This document shows positions 18,072 through 27,029 of a stretch of 43,590 nucleotides of DNA, piece by piece; positions within the stretch are counted from its first letter, which is position 1; each line of letters starts with the position of its first letter. The notes beneath the pieces are model-generated. The model had not been told where the DNA came from. It did no database searches and was given only the letters and a program-made list of their open reading frames with translations. Made by a program: the position numbers and the translations under genes. The stretch comes from an uncultured Coriobacteriaceae bacterium (GTDB taxonomy: Bacteria; Actinomycetota; Coriobacteriia; Coriobacteriales; CADBOM01): positions 1 to 43,590 of the forward strand of contig CADBOM010000195.1 of NCBI GenBank assembly GCA_902796325.1. Reading direction: 5' to 3'.

Positions 18072-19464
18072 TGGCTCGGGCAGGAGACCTTCTGGCTCGT
18101 CTGGTAGGGTTGGAAGCTCGCGCTCCAAAAGCCCCAGTTCAAGACAGTCGGGTTCCGGGTCTAGGTCTGCGCAGAGAAGACCGAAGGCCCCGCGCAATTC
18201 GGCTTCTCGTGGTGCCGTGTCATCTAACGGACGCCAATCGGGGCGCCCGGTATCGCCGTCTGGCTCATCCAGACGCGGGTCAAGCCGCAATAGCGCCTCT
18301 AGGATTTCCGTAGAGGGCGGCAGCAGGAACAGTGGAACCTATAGCTCCAAGCAGAGCCGCTTGAAGCCGGCGGATCTGGGAGACTCGCGCGACTCTCGAG
18401 CAGCTGGAGTTGGAAAGGGCGTCGACAATCGTTCCCGCAGCAGAAGAGGAGCCAAAAGCTCGGGCTCAGGAGCAGAGCGGGGTCAACGCCCAGGCTCGGG
18501 ACCATCGAGCAAGCTCAAGCGCATCGTGATCATCGTCGTGATCGTGTTGGCTGCATTGTTTGGAACATACGTCGTGCTCTCCAACACCGATGTGTTCGAA
18601 ATCCAATCCATCGAGGTGGAGGGGTCCACAAGGCTTTCCGACGAGTACCTCACGACTCAGGTGGCGGTGCAATCGGGAACCAATCTCCTGAACGTCGACA
18701 CCAGTTCGGTGGTATCGAGATTGTCCGCGAATCCATGGGTGAACTCCGTTGACGTGCACAGGAGTTTCCCACACACGCTGGTCTTGAACATCAATGAGAA
18801 CTACCCCTGCGCAGTGGTGCAGATAGACCCGTCCACGGCAAACGGGACAGTGCATTATTGGCTCATCGACGACGATTGCATGTGGATGAGCGAGGTATCT
18901 GCAGATGGCGTGGCCCGGGCTAAGGAGATAGTGAAGAACTCAACCGGAGATTCAGGTGCTGCCTCTGGTACCGATGCTTCGGCTGCAAGCACCGATGGCA
19001 GCGCTGATGCGGCTGCATCGACGGATGGCTCCACATCGTCTGATGGAACTCAGGCAGCCGATGGGTCGGACGCATCCGCTCAAACCCAGGTGGAGCAGAG
19101 CGTGTGCACCGATGCATATCTAACTGCCGAGGAGCTCTCCAAGATCCCCATCATCTCGGGAGTCTCCACTTCCATCTCGCCAAGCTCCGGAACCGTTGAG
19201 TCCGATAGCGGCATTGCCAACGCAATGTCCATCCTCAAGGGTGCAAGCGAAGACTTCAGGAACACGATAAGGCAGATAAATTCCCCAACCGGCAATACCA
19301 CCAACCTCACCCTTGCCAACGGAATCGAGGTATCGTTCGGCGATGCCAGCGACATCCAGAGCAAGATCGACATCATAGAGCAGCTCGAAACTCAATATCC
19401 AGACCAGATTTCGTACATCAACGTGAGGTCTGTGGATAATCCTTCGTGGAGGGGGTTGAAGTAG
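18025..19464 (+). CDS. ftsQ: Cell division protein FtsQ/DivIB (POTRA domain) with long S/R/G-rich N-terminal tail
   Basis: Single TM segment; POTRA (FEIQSIEVEGS...LSANPWVNSVDVHRSFPHTLVLNINE); C-terminal YINVR; position after murB. Start overlaps murB by 47 nt. Confidence 0.88.
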   Translation: MASNSNQRSNSSASRNGSGRRPSGSSGRVGSSRSKSPSSRQSGSGSRSAQRRPKAPRNSASRGAVSSNGRQSGRPVSPSGSSRRGSSRNSASRISVEGGSRNSGTYSSKQSRLKPADLGDSRDSRAAGVGKGVDNRSRSRRGAKSSGSGAERGQRPGSGPSSKLKRIVIIVVIVLAALFGTYVVLSNTDVFEIQSIEVEGSTRLSDEYLTTQVAVQSGTNLLNVDTSSVVSRLSANPWVNSVDVHRSFPHTLVLNINENYPCAVVQIDPSTANGTVHYWLIDDDCMWMSEVSADGVARAKEIVKNSTGDSGAASGTDASAASTDGSADAAASTDGSTSSDGTQAADGSDASAQTQVEQSVCTDAYLTAEELSKIPIISGVSTSISPSSGTVESDSGIANAMSILKGASEDFRNTIRQINSPTGNTTNLTLANGIEVSFGDASDIQSKIDIIEQLETQYPDQISYINVRSVDNPSWRGLK

Positions 19465-19466
19465 AG

Positions 19467-20441
19467 ATGGGGCTCAAGGTTCTCGAATGGGATGATGCGA
19501 AGTATGCATCTCTCCTGCCCAAGATCGACGATGAGGCCAGCAAGTACAGCCGGGGCTCCGTTGCGGTTCTGGGAGGATCCCAGCGCTTTACCGGCGCCCC
19601 GATTCTCTCCGCCCTTGCTTCTGCACGTGCTGGCGCTGGGTATACCACGCTAATCGCCCCTTGCGACATGGAGCTGGTGGCCCGCATGCACCTGCTGTCG
19701 ATACCGGTTGTCGGCGCCCCCTCGCACGATGGCACGTTTCTAGCAGATTCCTCCGATGTGGCGGCGAAGACACTGCGCCATCTGGACGCCGTGGTGCTGG
19801 GCCCCGGAATGGACGTGAACATGCAGACCGCAGGGTTTTGCGAGAATGTGCTGCGGGCTTACGATGCGCCCATCGTTGCAGATGCCGATGGCCTGAATGC
19901 CATTGCCGGGAGGCATCTTGGAGCCGATCCATCCAAGTGGGGCGGGTGCGAGAACACCGTGATGGACGCTTTGATGCAACGTGCCGAACGCGGTGCCAAG
20001 ACGGTCCTTACCCCGCACGATGGCGAGCTCAAGCGACTTGTGCGGGCGGTGGAGCATGTTGGCTTCGAGCTGCCGGAAACCGTGGCGGCGGAATACAGGG
20101 ATTATTCCGAACGCGCGTGCAACGCACAGTTTGTCGCTGCCGCAACAGGAGCCGTGGTAGTTGCAAAGGGCCATGAGACCCTGATCGTTGCCGACGGCGT
20201 GGTGCTCAGCTCAAGGCATGCCACATCGGCCTTGGCAAAGTCTGGCACCGGAGACGTTCTCAGCGGGATCATCGGTGCGCTCCTTGCCCAGGGGCTCGAC
20301 GCTTTCGATGCGGCGGCTCTGGGAGTGAGAATTCACGGTGAGGCTGGAGTTGCAGCAGAGGCAGAGCTTGGCAGGGCGTCCGTTGTTGCAGAGGATGTGG
20401 TGGAGTCTATCCCGCAGGCAATAATGACGTTGGAAAGCTAA
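19467..20441 (+). CDS. nnrD: ADP-dependent NAD(P)H-hydrate dehydratase (YjeF C-terminal family)
   Basis: KYSRGSVAVLGGSQRFTGAP, GAGY, LGPGM, VADADGL, LTPHDGELKRL, LAKSGTGDVLSG, HGEAG. No epimerase domain. Confidence 0.9.
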   Translation: MGLKVLEWDDAKYASLLPKIDDEASKYSRGSVAVLGGSQRFTGAPILSALASARAGAGYTTLIAPCDMELVARMHLLSIPVVGAPSHDGTFLADSSDVAAKTLRHLDAVVLGPGMDVNMQTAGFCENVLRAYDAPIVADADGLNAIAGRHLGADPSKWGGCENTVMDALMQRAERGAKTVLTPHDGELKRLVRAVEHVGFELPETVAAEYRDYSERACNAQFVAAATGAVVVAKGHETLIVADGVVLSSRHATSALAKSGTGDVLSGIIGALLAQGLDAFDAAALGVRIHGEAGVAAEAELGRASVVAEDVVESIPQAIMTLES

Positions 20442-20636
20442 CGATTGCATCCCATTTGGCAAGATAATGCGCCGGTAAAAGGCCGTTCATCCATTCGTTC
20501 GACCACATACTAAGCCCTTCAAAAACTAAAGTTATGTACCCTCACAATAAACTGTTGTAAAATCAGTTAGATTGATTTAAAAGCAAGGCCCAGTTGGCCA
20601 GGGATAGCTGGGTAATCAGATACGAAAGGTGCGGAT

Positions 20637-21788
20637 ATGCTAGAACCATCCGGAACGGATCATCTCGCCGTCATCAAGGTCGTCGGAGTCGGCGGCGGCG
20701 GCACAAACGCAGTAAACAGGATGGTCGAGGCTGGAATCAAGGGTGTTGAGTTTATCGCAGTCAATACCGATAAGCAGGCGCTCCTGATGTCCGATGCAGA
20801 CCAAACAGTCCATATCGGCGAAGACTACACGAGGGGCCTGGGTGCAGGCGGAAATCCCGAGATTGGCGCACGCGCTGCCGAGGAGTCCCGCAACGAGATC
20901 CAGGAGGCTCTCGCAGGTGCCGATATGATTTTCGTTACGGCAGGCGAGGGCGGCGGAACCGGTACCGGTGCTGCTCCAGTGGTTGCAGAGATTGCACGCG
21001 AGGAGATTGGCGCTCTTACCGTTGCTGTCGTTACCAAGCCGTTCAGCTTCGAGGGTCGCAAGCGCACCCAGCAGGCTGAGGAGGGAATCGCCGTTCTTTC
21101 CGAGAAGGCCGATACCCTCATCACCATCCCCAACGACAGGCTTCTCCAGGTTATCGAGAAGAAGACCACGATGCTCGATGCATTCCGCATCGCAGATGAT
21201 GTGCTGCGTCAGGGCGTCCAGGGAATCACCGACCTCATCACGATTCCTGGTCTCATCAACCTCGACTTCGCAGATGTTCGCACCGTCATGAAGGACGCAG
21301 GTTCCGCAATGATGGGCATCGGCGTTGCAAACGGCGACAACAGGGCAGTGGACGCGGCAACTCAGGCTGTCTCGAGCAAGCTGCTCGAGTCCTCGGTTTC
21401 CGGTGCTCGCAGGATTCTGGTTTCCGTTGCAGGTGCAAGCGACATGGGACTCGTCGAGGTTTCCGATGCTGCAACCACCGTCACCGAGGCTGCAGATCCC
21501 GATGCAACGATTATCTTCGGCTCCGTCATCGACGACAGCCTGGACGACGAGATCAGGGTCACGGTTATCGCAACCGGATTCAACGACATTGCTGGTCAGG
21601 ATTCCTTCAACTTCGATCAGGAAGAGGCAAGGGGAGTTGCATCTTCCTCCAAGATGCCTCCGGCGGCTGCACCGGCTCCTTCGAGGAACGTCCAGTCCAA
21701 GGCCACCCCAGCACCGGCTCCTGCTGCAAGCGAGCCCTCGATTCTCGACGAAGACTACATCCCGGACTTCCTCAAGAGGGACTTCTAA
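20637..21788 (+). CDS. ftsZ: Cell division protein FtsZ
   Basis: [24 protein letters not shown] tubulin motif, INLDFADV, C-terminal DYIPDFLKR. Confidence 0.99.
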   Translation: MLEPSGTDHLAVIKVVGVGGGGTNAVNRMVEAGIKGVEFIAVNTDKQALLMSDADQTVHIGEDYTRGLGAGGNPEIGARAAEESRNEIQEALAGADMIFVTAGEGGGTGTGAAPVVAEIAREEIGALTVAVVTKPFSFEGRKRTQQAEEGIAVLSEKADTLITIPNDRLLQVIEKKTTMLDAFRIADDVLRQGVQGITDLITIPGLINLDFADVRTVMKDAGSAMMGIGVANGDNRAVDAATQAVSSKLLESSVSGARRILVSVAGASDMGLVEVSDAATTVTEAADPDATIIFGSVIDDSLDDEIRVTVIATGFNDIAGQDSFNFDQEEARGVASSSKMPPAAAPAPSRNVQSKATPAPAPAASEPSILDEDYIPDFLKRDF

Positions 21789-21809
21789 TACTTCTAAGGG
21801 AGACGGACA

Positions 21810-22847
21810 TTGTCCGAAATGGATATCCAAACACTACCGCTGCCCAGGCTCGCAATCGCGGGTCCGGGCAGCGACTGTTTTACCGGAGAGAATTCGAGCT
21901 TGAGCTCCGGTTCCAAACAGTCTCCCAAACCTGGCATTGCCTATCTAACCGACGACTCTCTCTTCGACGCCACGGGTACCAGGCTTGCGTTCTCGTTTAG
22001 GACTGGCGGCTACAGCAATCCTCCATTCGACACCCTCAATCTGGGTCTAAACGTCAACGACGATCCCGCCGTTGTGGAAGCCAACAGGCAGGCCCTCATG
22101 CATGCCATGGGTTTAGGCGGCGAGCCTGATGGGGTTGGCGGCTCTGACGGAATCGGAAAATCTGATAACCCTGCGAGCTGCCCTGCCGGTCGCTATGTAA
22201 ACCCGCTGCAGGTTCACGGAGATGCCATCATCGAGATTCTCCCGTCCATGGACAGCCACTCCGGTGGCGTTAGCTCGGGTGGCATCAGCTCCGGCGTCGT
22301 CAGCGTCGACGGACCCGAGAGTGACGGAATCATCAAGGTCGACGCACCGAGCAAGCCACTTGTGGGCATCGAGGCCGACGCCGTGATTTCGTGCGTCCCC
22401 GGCGTTCCCGCGCTTCTGTGCTATGCCGACTGCGTTCCCGTGATAATAGTGGCTCCTAGCGGGCAATTTGCCGTGGTGCATTCCGGATGGAAAGGGACCA
22501 TCAAGCGAATCTCCGCCAAGGCGGTGAGTGAGCTTGCAAAGCTCAGCGGATGCAAGCCCTCGAGCATGAACTCCTACATCGGCCCCCATATTGGAGCATG
22601 CTGCTACGAGGTTAGCGCAGATCTTGCCCAGCGCTTCGCAATGGAGTTCGGAAGCGAATGCATTAGGGGAGAGCGCAACTTGGATTTGGAATATGCGGTG
22701 GTGGCCGCGCTGGAATCGGCTGGAATTTCTCCCGATAGAATTGCCTCGGCTGGACTATGCACCGCAGAGAACACCCACAAGCTGTTCTCGCACAGAGCCG
22801 AACACGGCAAAACCGGAAGATTTGCGGCTGTTTGCTGCAAAATTTAG
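21810..22847 (+). CDS. pgeF: PgeF/YlmD/YfiH family protein (laccase-domain purine nucleoside phosphorylase / peptidoglycan editing factor)
   Basis: LNLG, QVHG, ADCVPV, HSGWKG, IGPHIGACCYEV, FSHR...TGR; directly after ftsZ. Start uncertain (21810 TTG or 21819 ATG). Confidence 0.92.
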   Translation: MSEMDIQTLPLPRLAIAGPGSDCFTGENSSLSSGSKQSPKPGIAYLTDDSLFDATGTRLAFSFRTGGYSNPPFDTLNLGLNVNDDPAVVEANRQALMHAMGLGGEPDGVGGSDGIGKSDNPASCPAGRYVNPLQVHGDAIIEILPSMDSHSGGVSSGGISSGVVSVDGPESDGIIKVDAPSKPLVGIEADAVISCVPGVPALLCYADCVPVIIVAPSGQFAVVHSGWKGTIKRISAKAVSELAKLSGCKPSSMNSYIGPHIGACCYEVSADLAQRFAMEFGSECIRGERNLDLEYAVVAALESAGISPDRIASAGLCTAENTHKLFSHRAEHGKTGRFAAVCCKI

Positions 22848-22936
22848 TGGAAGTTTTTTTGGAGAGACAAAGCTCGCCATTCAAGACCGGCTGCAATCGG
22901 GCAGTCGGGTAGATTACGAAAGGCAGTGTACCGGTA

Positions 22937-23635
22937 ATGTTGGATCAGGAAACCAGGGACAGGATAACATCGCATATCGAGCAGGCGAGGGAGGGTATCG
23001 CGCAGTCTCTTGCGAAGTCCGACGACCCCAGCCGGTCCGTGCTCCTGATGGCGGTTAGCAAGACGGTTGGGATCGAAGAGGTGCAGGCGGCAATCGACGC
23101 CGGGGTTCACGATTTTGGCGAGAACCGCGCGCAGGAGCTGCAGAAGAAATCCGCCGCATATCCAAACGAGAACTGGCACTTCATCGGCAGGATTCAAACC
23201 AACAAGCTCAAGGAAATCGTCGGCACAGCCTGCATGATTCATTCGGTCTCGTCCATACATGTTCTGGATGCCATACAAAAGCAAGCTGCCAAGAAAGACG
23301 TCGTGCAGAAGGTTCTCATAGAGGTCAACGTGTCCGGCGAGGAGTCCAAGGACGGATTCGTGGAGGCAGACGTGGAGGATGCTCTCGAGCATGCCACCGA
23401 GCTGCCCAACGTGGAGGTTTGCGGATTCATGACAATGGCACCGCTGGGTGAGCTGGACGTGGCACGCCAGGTGTTCCGCAGATTGCGTGAAATACGCGAT
23501 AAATACAAAGTTTTATTTGTGAACTCTGATAATGTAAAATTAACTGAATTATCGATGGGGATGACCCAGGATTACACCGAGGCCGTGGAAGAAGGCGCTA
23601 CGGTGGTAAGGCTCGGCCGCTCCATATTCGCTTAA
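22937..23635 (+). CDS. yggS: PLP homeostasis protein YggS/YlmE
   Basis: AVSKT, FGENRAQE, WHFIGRIQTNK, GFMTMAP, LSMGMTQDY, GATVVRLGRSIF. Confidence 0.96.
   Translation: MLDQETRDRITSHIEQAREGIAQSLAKSDDPSRSVLLMAVSKTVGIEEVQAAIDAGVHDFGENRAQELQKKSAAYPNENWHFIGRIQTNKLKEIVGTACMIHSVSSIHVLDAIQKQAAKKDVVQKVLIEVNVSGEESKDGFVEADVEDALEHATELPNVEVCGFMTMAPLGELDVARQVFRRLREIRDKYKVLFVNSDNVKLTELSMGMTQDYTEAVEEGATVVRLGRSIFA
23512..23540 (+). promoter_or_regulatory. Putative internal promoter for sepF inside yggS
   Basis: TTTATT, 17 nt, TAAAAT within a sharply AT-rich patch of an otherwise GC-rich gene. Confidence 0.45.
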
Positions 23636-23710
23636 AGAAGGTAAGCCTAGCTGGAGGCAAGCGGCAAGAAGCCTGGTTACCGCCAACGGGATTAGTCTGG
23701 AGAATATACG

Positions 23711-24499
23711 ATGGGAATTTTCAGCAACGTTAAGGACAAACTCGGATTCCAGAGAAAAGACGATTGGGACGATTACGACGATTACGATGAGGATTACGAC
23801 GACTTCGACGATTACAGCGATGACTATGACGATGATTACGACAATAGCCACCAGCAGTCCTCTCGCGATCGTTCCAGGAGCTCCCGCCAGGACGATGTAG
23901 CCGATTGGCCATCCGATCTTAGCGGTGGTCGCCGCAGGGAAAGCCGCGTTAGCACCGGTACCCCGCTCGTGAGCAATGCCGATGTAAGGTCCAAGGCTTA
24001 CGACGACAGGCGCCAGCAGAGCCGTGCCAACATGACTCCCGATTACGAGTCTTCGCTCCAGAACTACAAGATCGAGCAGCGCGATAGCTCCAATTCCCGC
24101 CAGGCTCGTACACAGGAGTCTCTCCAGGCAGCCCGCGAGGAGCTTGAATCGCTGAAGAGGGGCATTCCGGTGCCAACCTCCGGTGCTTCTAGCGAGCCCA
24201 GGCAGTCCGACTTCACTCCGTCTACCGTGAGCCGCAGGATCGTCACCGTGATCCCAACTTCCTATGCCGACGCTGAGCAGGTATCCGATGCATTCCGCAG
24301 CGGATCCTCTGCTGTAATCTCGTTCGCAGCGGTTAGCCCAGAGCTGGCCAAGAGGCTCCTCGACTTCTCGTTCGGAGTTGTAAGCGTCAGCGGTGGTTCC
24401 GTGCAGAAGATCGGCGACAAGGTGTTCTTCCTAAATCACGGCGGAGTTGCCATCACCGAGTCCGAGAAGCAGCAGCTTCGCGATGCGGGTGTTCTGTAA
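23711..24499 (+). CDS. sepF: Cell division protein SepF
   Basis: N-terminal amphipathic helix (MGIFSNVKDKLGF), acidic linker, C-terminal domain PTSYADAEQVSDAFRSG...AKRLLDFSFG; position after yggS. Confidence 0.92.
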   Translation: MGIFSNVKDKLGFQRKDDWDDYDDYDEDYDDFDDYSDDYDDDYDNSHQQSSRDRSRSSRQDDVADWPSDLSGGRRRESRVSTGTPLVSNADVRSKAYDDRRQQSRANMTPDYESSLQNYKIEQRDSSNSRQARTQESLQAAREELESLKRGIPVPTSGASSEPRQSDFTPSTVSRRIVTVIPTSYADAEQVSDAFRSGSSAVISFAAVSPELAKRLLDFSFGVVSVSGGSVQKIGDKVFFLNHGGVAITESEKQQLRDAGVL

Positions 24500-25345
24500 A
24501 TGTATAGCGCAGAAGAGATATCGCAAAAGCTCGGCAAGATTCTCATCGTCGGCGGCGGCCACATGGGCACTGCCATTTTGGCGGGGCTTATCTCGTCAAG
24601 CGTTGTAGCGTCTGAAGATGTGGTGGTTGCCAACCCGGGGAAAGAGAAGAGGGACAACATCACGGCAACTTACGGTGTCGCATGCGTTGCGGATTCCTCG
24701 GAGGTCGAAGAATCTCCCGACACCTGCATTTTGGCCGTTAAGCCGCAGATTCTCCGCGAGGTAATTGCCAAGCTTGCAAGCGAGGGTCTTGAGAATGGCA
24801 AGGCCTTTGCGCCGAAGAGGATTATCTCGATTGCCGCTGGAATTACCACGCAGACAATCTTGCAGTACTTCCCAGAGAGCTTCGTGATCAGAGCAATGCC
24901 GAACACGCCGCTTATGGTTGGCAAGGGCATGGTTGGTCTGTCGGCAGGCGAGGGAACTCCCAATGAGGAAGCCGAGCTTGCAAAGCAGATGTTCGAGTGC
25001 ATGGGCTCTGCGGTTGTCGTCGACGAATCCATGCAAGATGCCGTGGTTGCTCTCAGCGGGTCTGGTCCTGCGTATTTCGCGCTGTTCGTAGACGAACTTG
25101 CAAAAGCTGGGGTAAAGCTTGGCTTGCCCGAGGACAAGGCGCTGGAGCTTTCGCTCGAAACCATGATTGGTGCCGGTGAACTGCTGAAGCAAACCGGGCA
25201 ATCGCCTGCTCAGCTGGTCGAAGGAGCTTGCACGCCAGGTGGAACCACGATCGCTGCACTCGACGCCCTCAAGGCCGACGGCATCTCGAAGGCAATCGAA
25301 GATTGCGCGTTCGCCTGCGCCAAGAGGTCCAAGGAGCTTTCGTGA
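24500..25345 (+). CDS. proC: Pyrroline-5-carboxylate reductase
   Basis: VGGGHMG, LAVKPQ, ISIAAG, RAMPNTP, ALSGSGPAY, TPGGTT. Confidence 0.96.
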   Translation: MYSAEEISQKLGKILIVGGGHMGTAILAGLISSSVVASEDVVVANPGKEKRDNITATYGVACVADSSEVEESPDTCILAVKPQILREVIAKLASEGLENGKAFAPKRIISIAAGITTQTILQYFPESFVIRAMPNTPLMVGKGMVGLSAGEGTPNEEAELAKQMFECMGSAVVVDESMQDAVVALSGSGPAYFALFVDELAKAGVKLGLPEDKALELSLETMIGAGELLKQTGQSPAQLVEGACTPGGTTIAALDALKADGISKAIEDCAFACAKRSKELS

Positions 25346-25596
25346 TAGGCGGTACCATTGGCATGGTGGTCCGCAGCATAGCGGACCTTTACGTCGCGGT
25401 AATCATCATATATTGCCTGATGTCCTGGCTTCCGCACAGCTCGGGAATCGTCTACGACATCTACGAGGCGCTTGGAAAAATCTGCGAACCGTTCCTGGGC
25501 CTGTTCAGAAAGATCATTCCACCTGTCGGTGGTGTAGATTTCAGCCCGGTCATTGCAATACTTGTACTACAATTAGTCGTTAGATTGTTATTCTGA
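25342..25596 (+). CDS. yggT: YggT/YlmG family membrane protein
   Basis: LMSWLP...ICEPFLGLFRKIIPPVGGVDFSPVIAIL. Real start is GTG 25342 (GTGA overlap with proC, AAGGAG upstream) rather than 25228. Confidence 0.92.
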   Translation: MIGGTIGMVVRSIADLYVAVIIIYCLMSWLPHSSGIVYDIYEALGKICEPFLGLFRKIIPPVGGVDFSPVIAILVLQLVVRLLF

Positions 25597-25670
25597 CCTT
25601 AGTGGCAACAACGCATTTGCCAATAAACTTTGCCGGTTTGGATATGTAAACGGCGGAAGGGATATAAGAG

Positions 25671-26375
25671 ATGAGCATTTCCAGCGTTGACATTCAGGAG
25701 CAGGGCTTTGGCACTGCGCGCAATGGTTACGATATGCAGGAGGTCGATGTTTTCCTGGAGCGCGTAGCCAGCGAGATCGATCAGATGCAGGAAGATTTCA
25801 AGACTCAGCTGGACGAGGCTGTTAGGAAGGCGGCTGCAGAAGCTGCTGGCAAGCCCAATCCAGAGATGGAAGCCGAGATGAATCGCATGCGCGAGACCAT
25901 CAGCAAGCTTCAGGCTCAGCTTCAGAGCAGCAAGACCGACGAGGCTGTTATCTCCGAGGCCTTCATCGCAGCTCAGAAGAGCGCCAACAAGATGAAGGAA
26001 GATGCACGTCTTGAGGGCGAGAGATACGTGAAGGAAGCCCAGGATAAAGCAAGCCAGATCGTTGGAGAGGCTGCAAACGAGAGGCAGCGCATCAGCGACG
26101 AAATCGAGCGCCTCAACAACTCTCGTGCTTCTTTCGTAGAGGAGTACAGCAAGCTGATCCAGCACTTCATGGACGATGCCAAGAAGGTGTTCACCACCAA
26201 GGGCCTGGTCAATGACGATGGCTCGTTTGCCAGCGTGGCACCTAAGAGCTATGGAACCTATCCCAGCGCTGCCGATGAGGCTGTCCGTCCGGTCGAGAGC
26301 ATTCCGGCGGCAGCTCCCAGCAACAACGAGACCGGCTTCGGCGAGGTTGACGGAGTGGACTTCGACATCGACTAG
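25671..26375 (+). CDS. divIVA: DivIVA domain protein
   Basis: ISSVDIQEQGFGTARNGYDMQEVDVFLE followed by coiled coil; canonical position. Confidence 0.94.
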   Translation: MSISSVDIQEQGFGTARNGYDMQEVDVFLERVASEIDQMQEDFKTQLDEAVRKAAAEAAGKPNPEMEAEMNRMRETISKLQAQLQSSKTDEAVISEAFIAAQKSANKMKEDARLEGERYVKEAQDKASQIVGEAANERQRISDEIERLNNSRASFVEEYSKLIQHFMDDAKKVFTTKGLVNDDGSFASVAPKSYGTYPSAADEAVRPVESIPAAAPSNNETGFGEVDGVDFDID

Positions 26376-26437
26376 CTTCTCGAGCTAATTGCCAGGGCCC
26401 ATGTAGATGCGGGCGACGATGTAAGTTGAATTGCATG

Positions 26438-26472
26438 AAAAAGAGCAGCTCCCATGTGGAGCTGCTCTTTTT
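26438..26472. terminator. Bidirectional intrinsic terminator between divIVA and rnpB
   Basis: AAAAAGAGCAGCTCC-CATGT-GGAGCTGCTCTTTTT perfect inverted repeat with A/T tails. Confidence 0.9.
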
Positions 26473-26500
26473 ATGTATCGGGGTCGTTGGAGCCTCGCGT

Positions 26501-26590
26501 GCATCGCGTTGCGCGGCAGTGCGCTGCACGGCATCGCGCCGAGCGGAATCGCACCGCACGGCAGTGCTCCGAGCGGTGTCGTTTTGCGCA
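26501..26590. repeat. Imperfect 15-bp tandem repeat with 5-bp sub-periodicity, 6 copies
   Basis: GCATCGCGTTGCGCG, GCAGTGCGCTGCACG, GCATCGCGCCGAGCG, GAATCGCACCGCACG, GCAGTGCTCCGAGCG, GTGTCGTTTTGCGCA. Confidence 0.75.
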
Positions 26591-26662
26591 CGCTGCGCAC
26601 CGTTGCGCGACCATGACGCAAATGTTTTGCCAAGGGCCTTTTGAAGCGATGGCTTCTTGAAG

Positions 26663-27013
26663 CGGCGGAGTGGGGCTATAAGCCGGGTTCTGTCCTTTGG
26701 ACGGCCATTTATCTCGACTGCATGTTGCCAAGCAGCTCTAGCAAGCAACCCGAGCACGGACCGGGCCAGCCCTCTGTGCTCCTATTTGCTCTTGCTTCGG
26801 ATGGGGTTTACCAAGCCGCCACGTTACCGTGGCGCTGGTGCGCTCTTACCGCACCTTTTCAGCTTTTCTCCGTATAACCGGGGAGTTTTCTTTTCTGTGG
26901 CACTGATCCGTTACGTCGCCGTACCCAGCTGTTAGCTGGCATCCTGCCCAGTGAAGCCCGGACTTTCCTCATCATGGTCTGGCCATGACGCGACCGCCTG
27001 TCCCGCTCCGCCG
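26663..27013 (-). ncRNA. rnpB: RNase P RNA (type A)
   Basis: Minus strand has GAGGAAAGTCCGGGC near the 5' end, GGTAAACCCC internally and ACAGAACCCGGCTTA at the 3' end. Termini CGGCGGAG / CTCCGCCG pair as P1; length about 350 nt. Confidence 0.97.
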
Positions 27014-27020
27014 GATTTGG

Positions 27021-27029
27021 ATTCTATCA
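27021..27029 (-). promoter_or_regulatory. Extended -10 promoter of rnpB
   Basis: Minus strand TG-A-TAGAAT, 7 nt upstream of the P1 helix. Confidence 0.6.
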
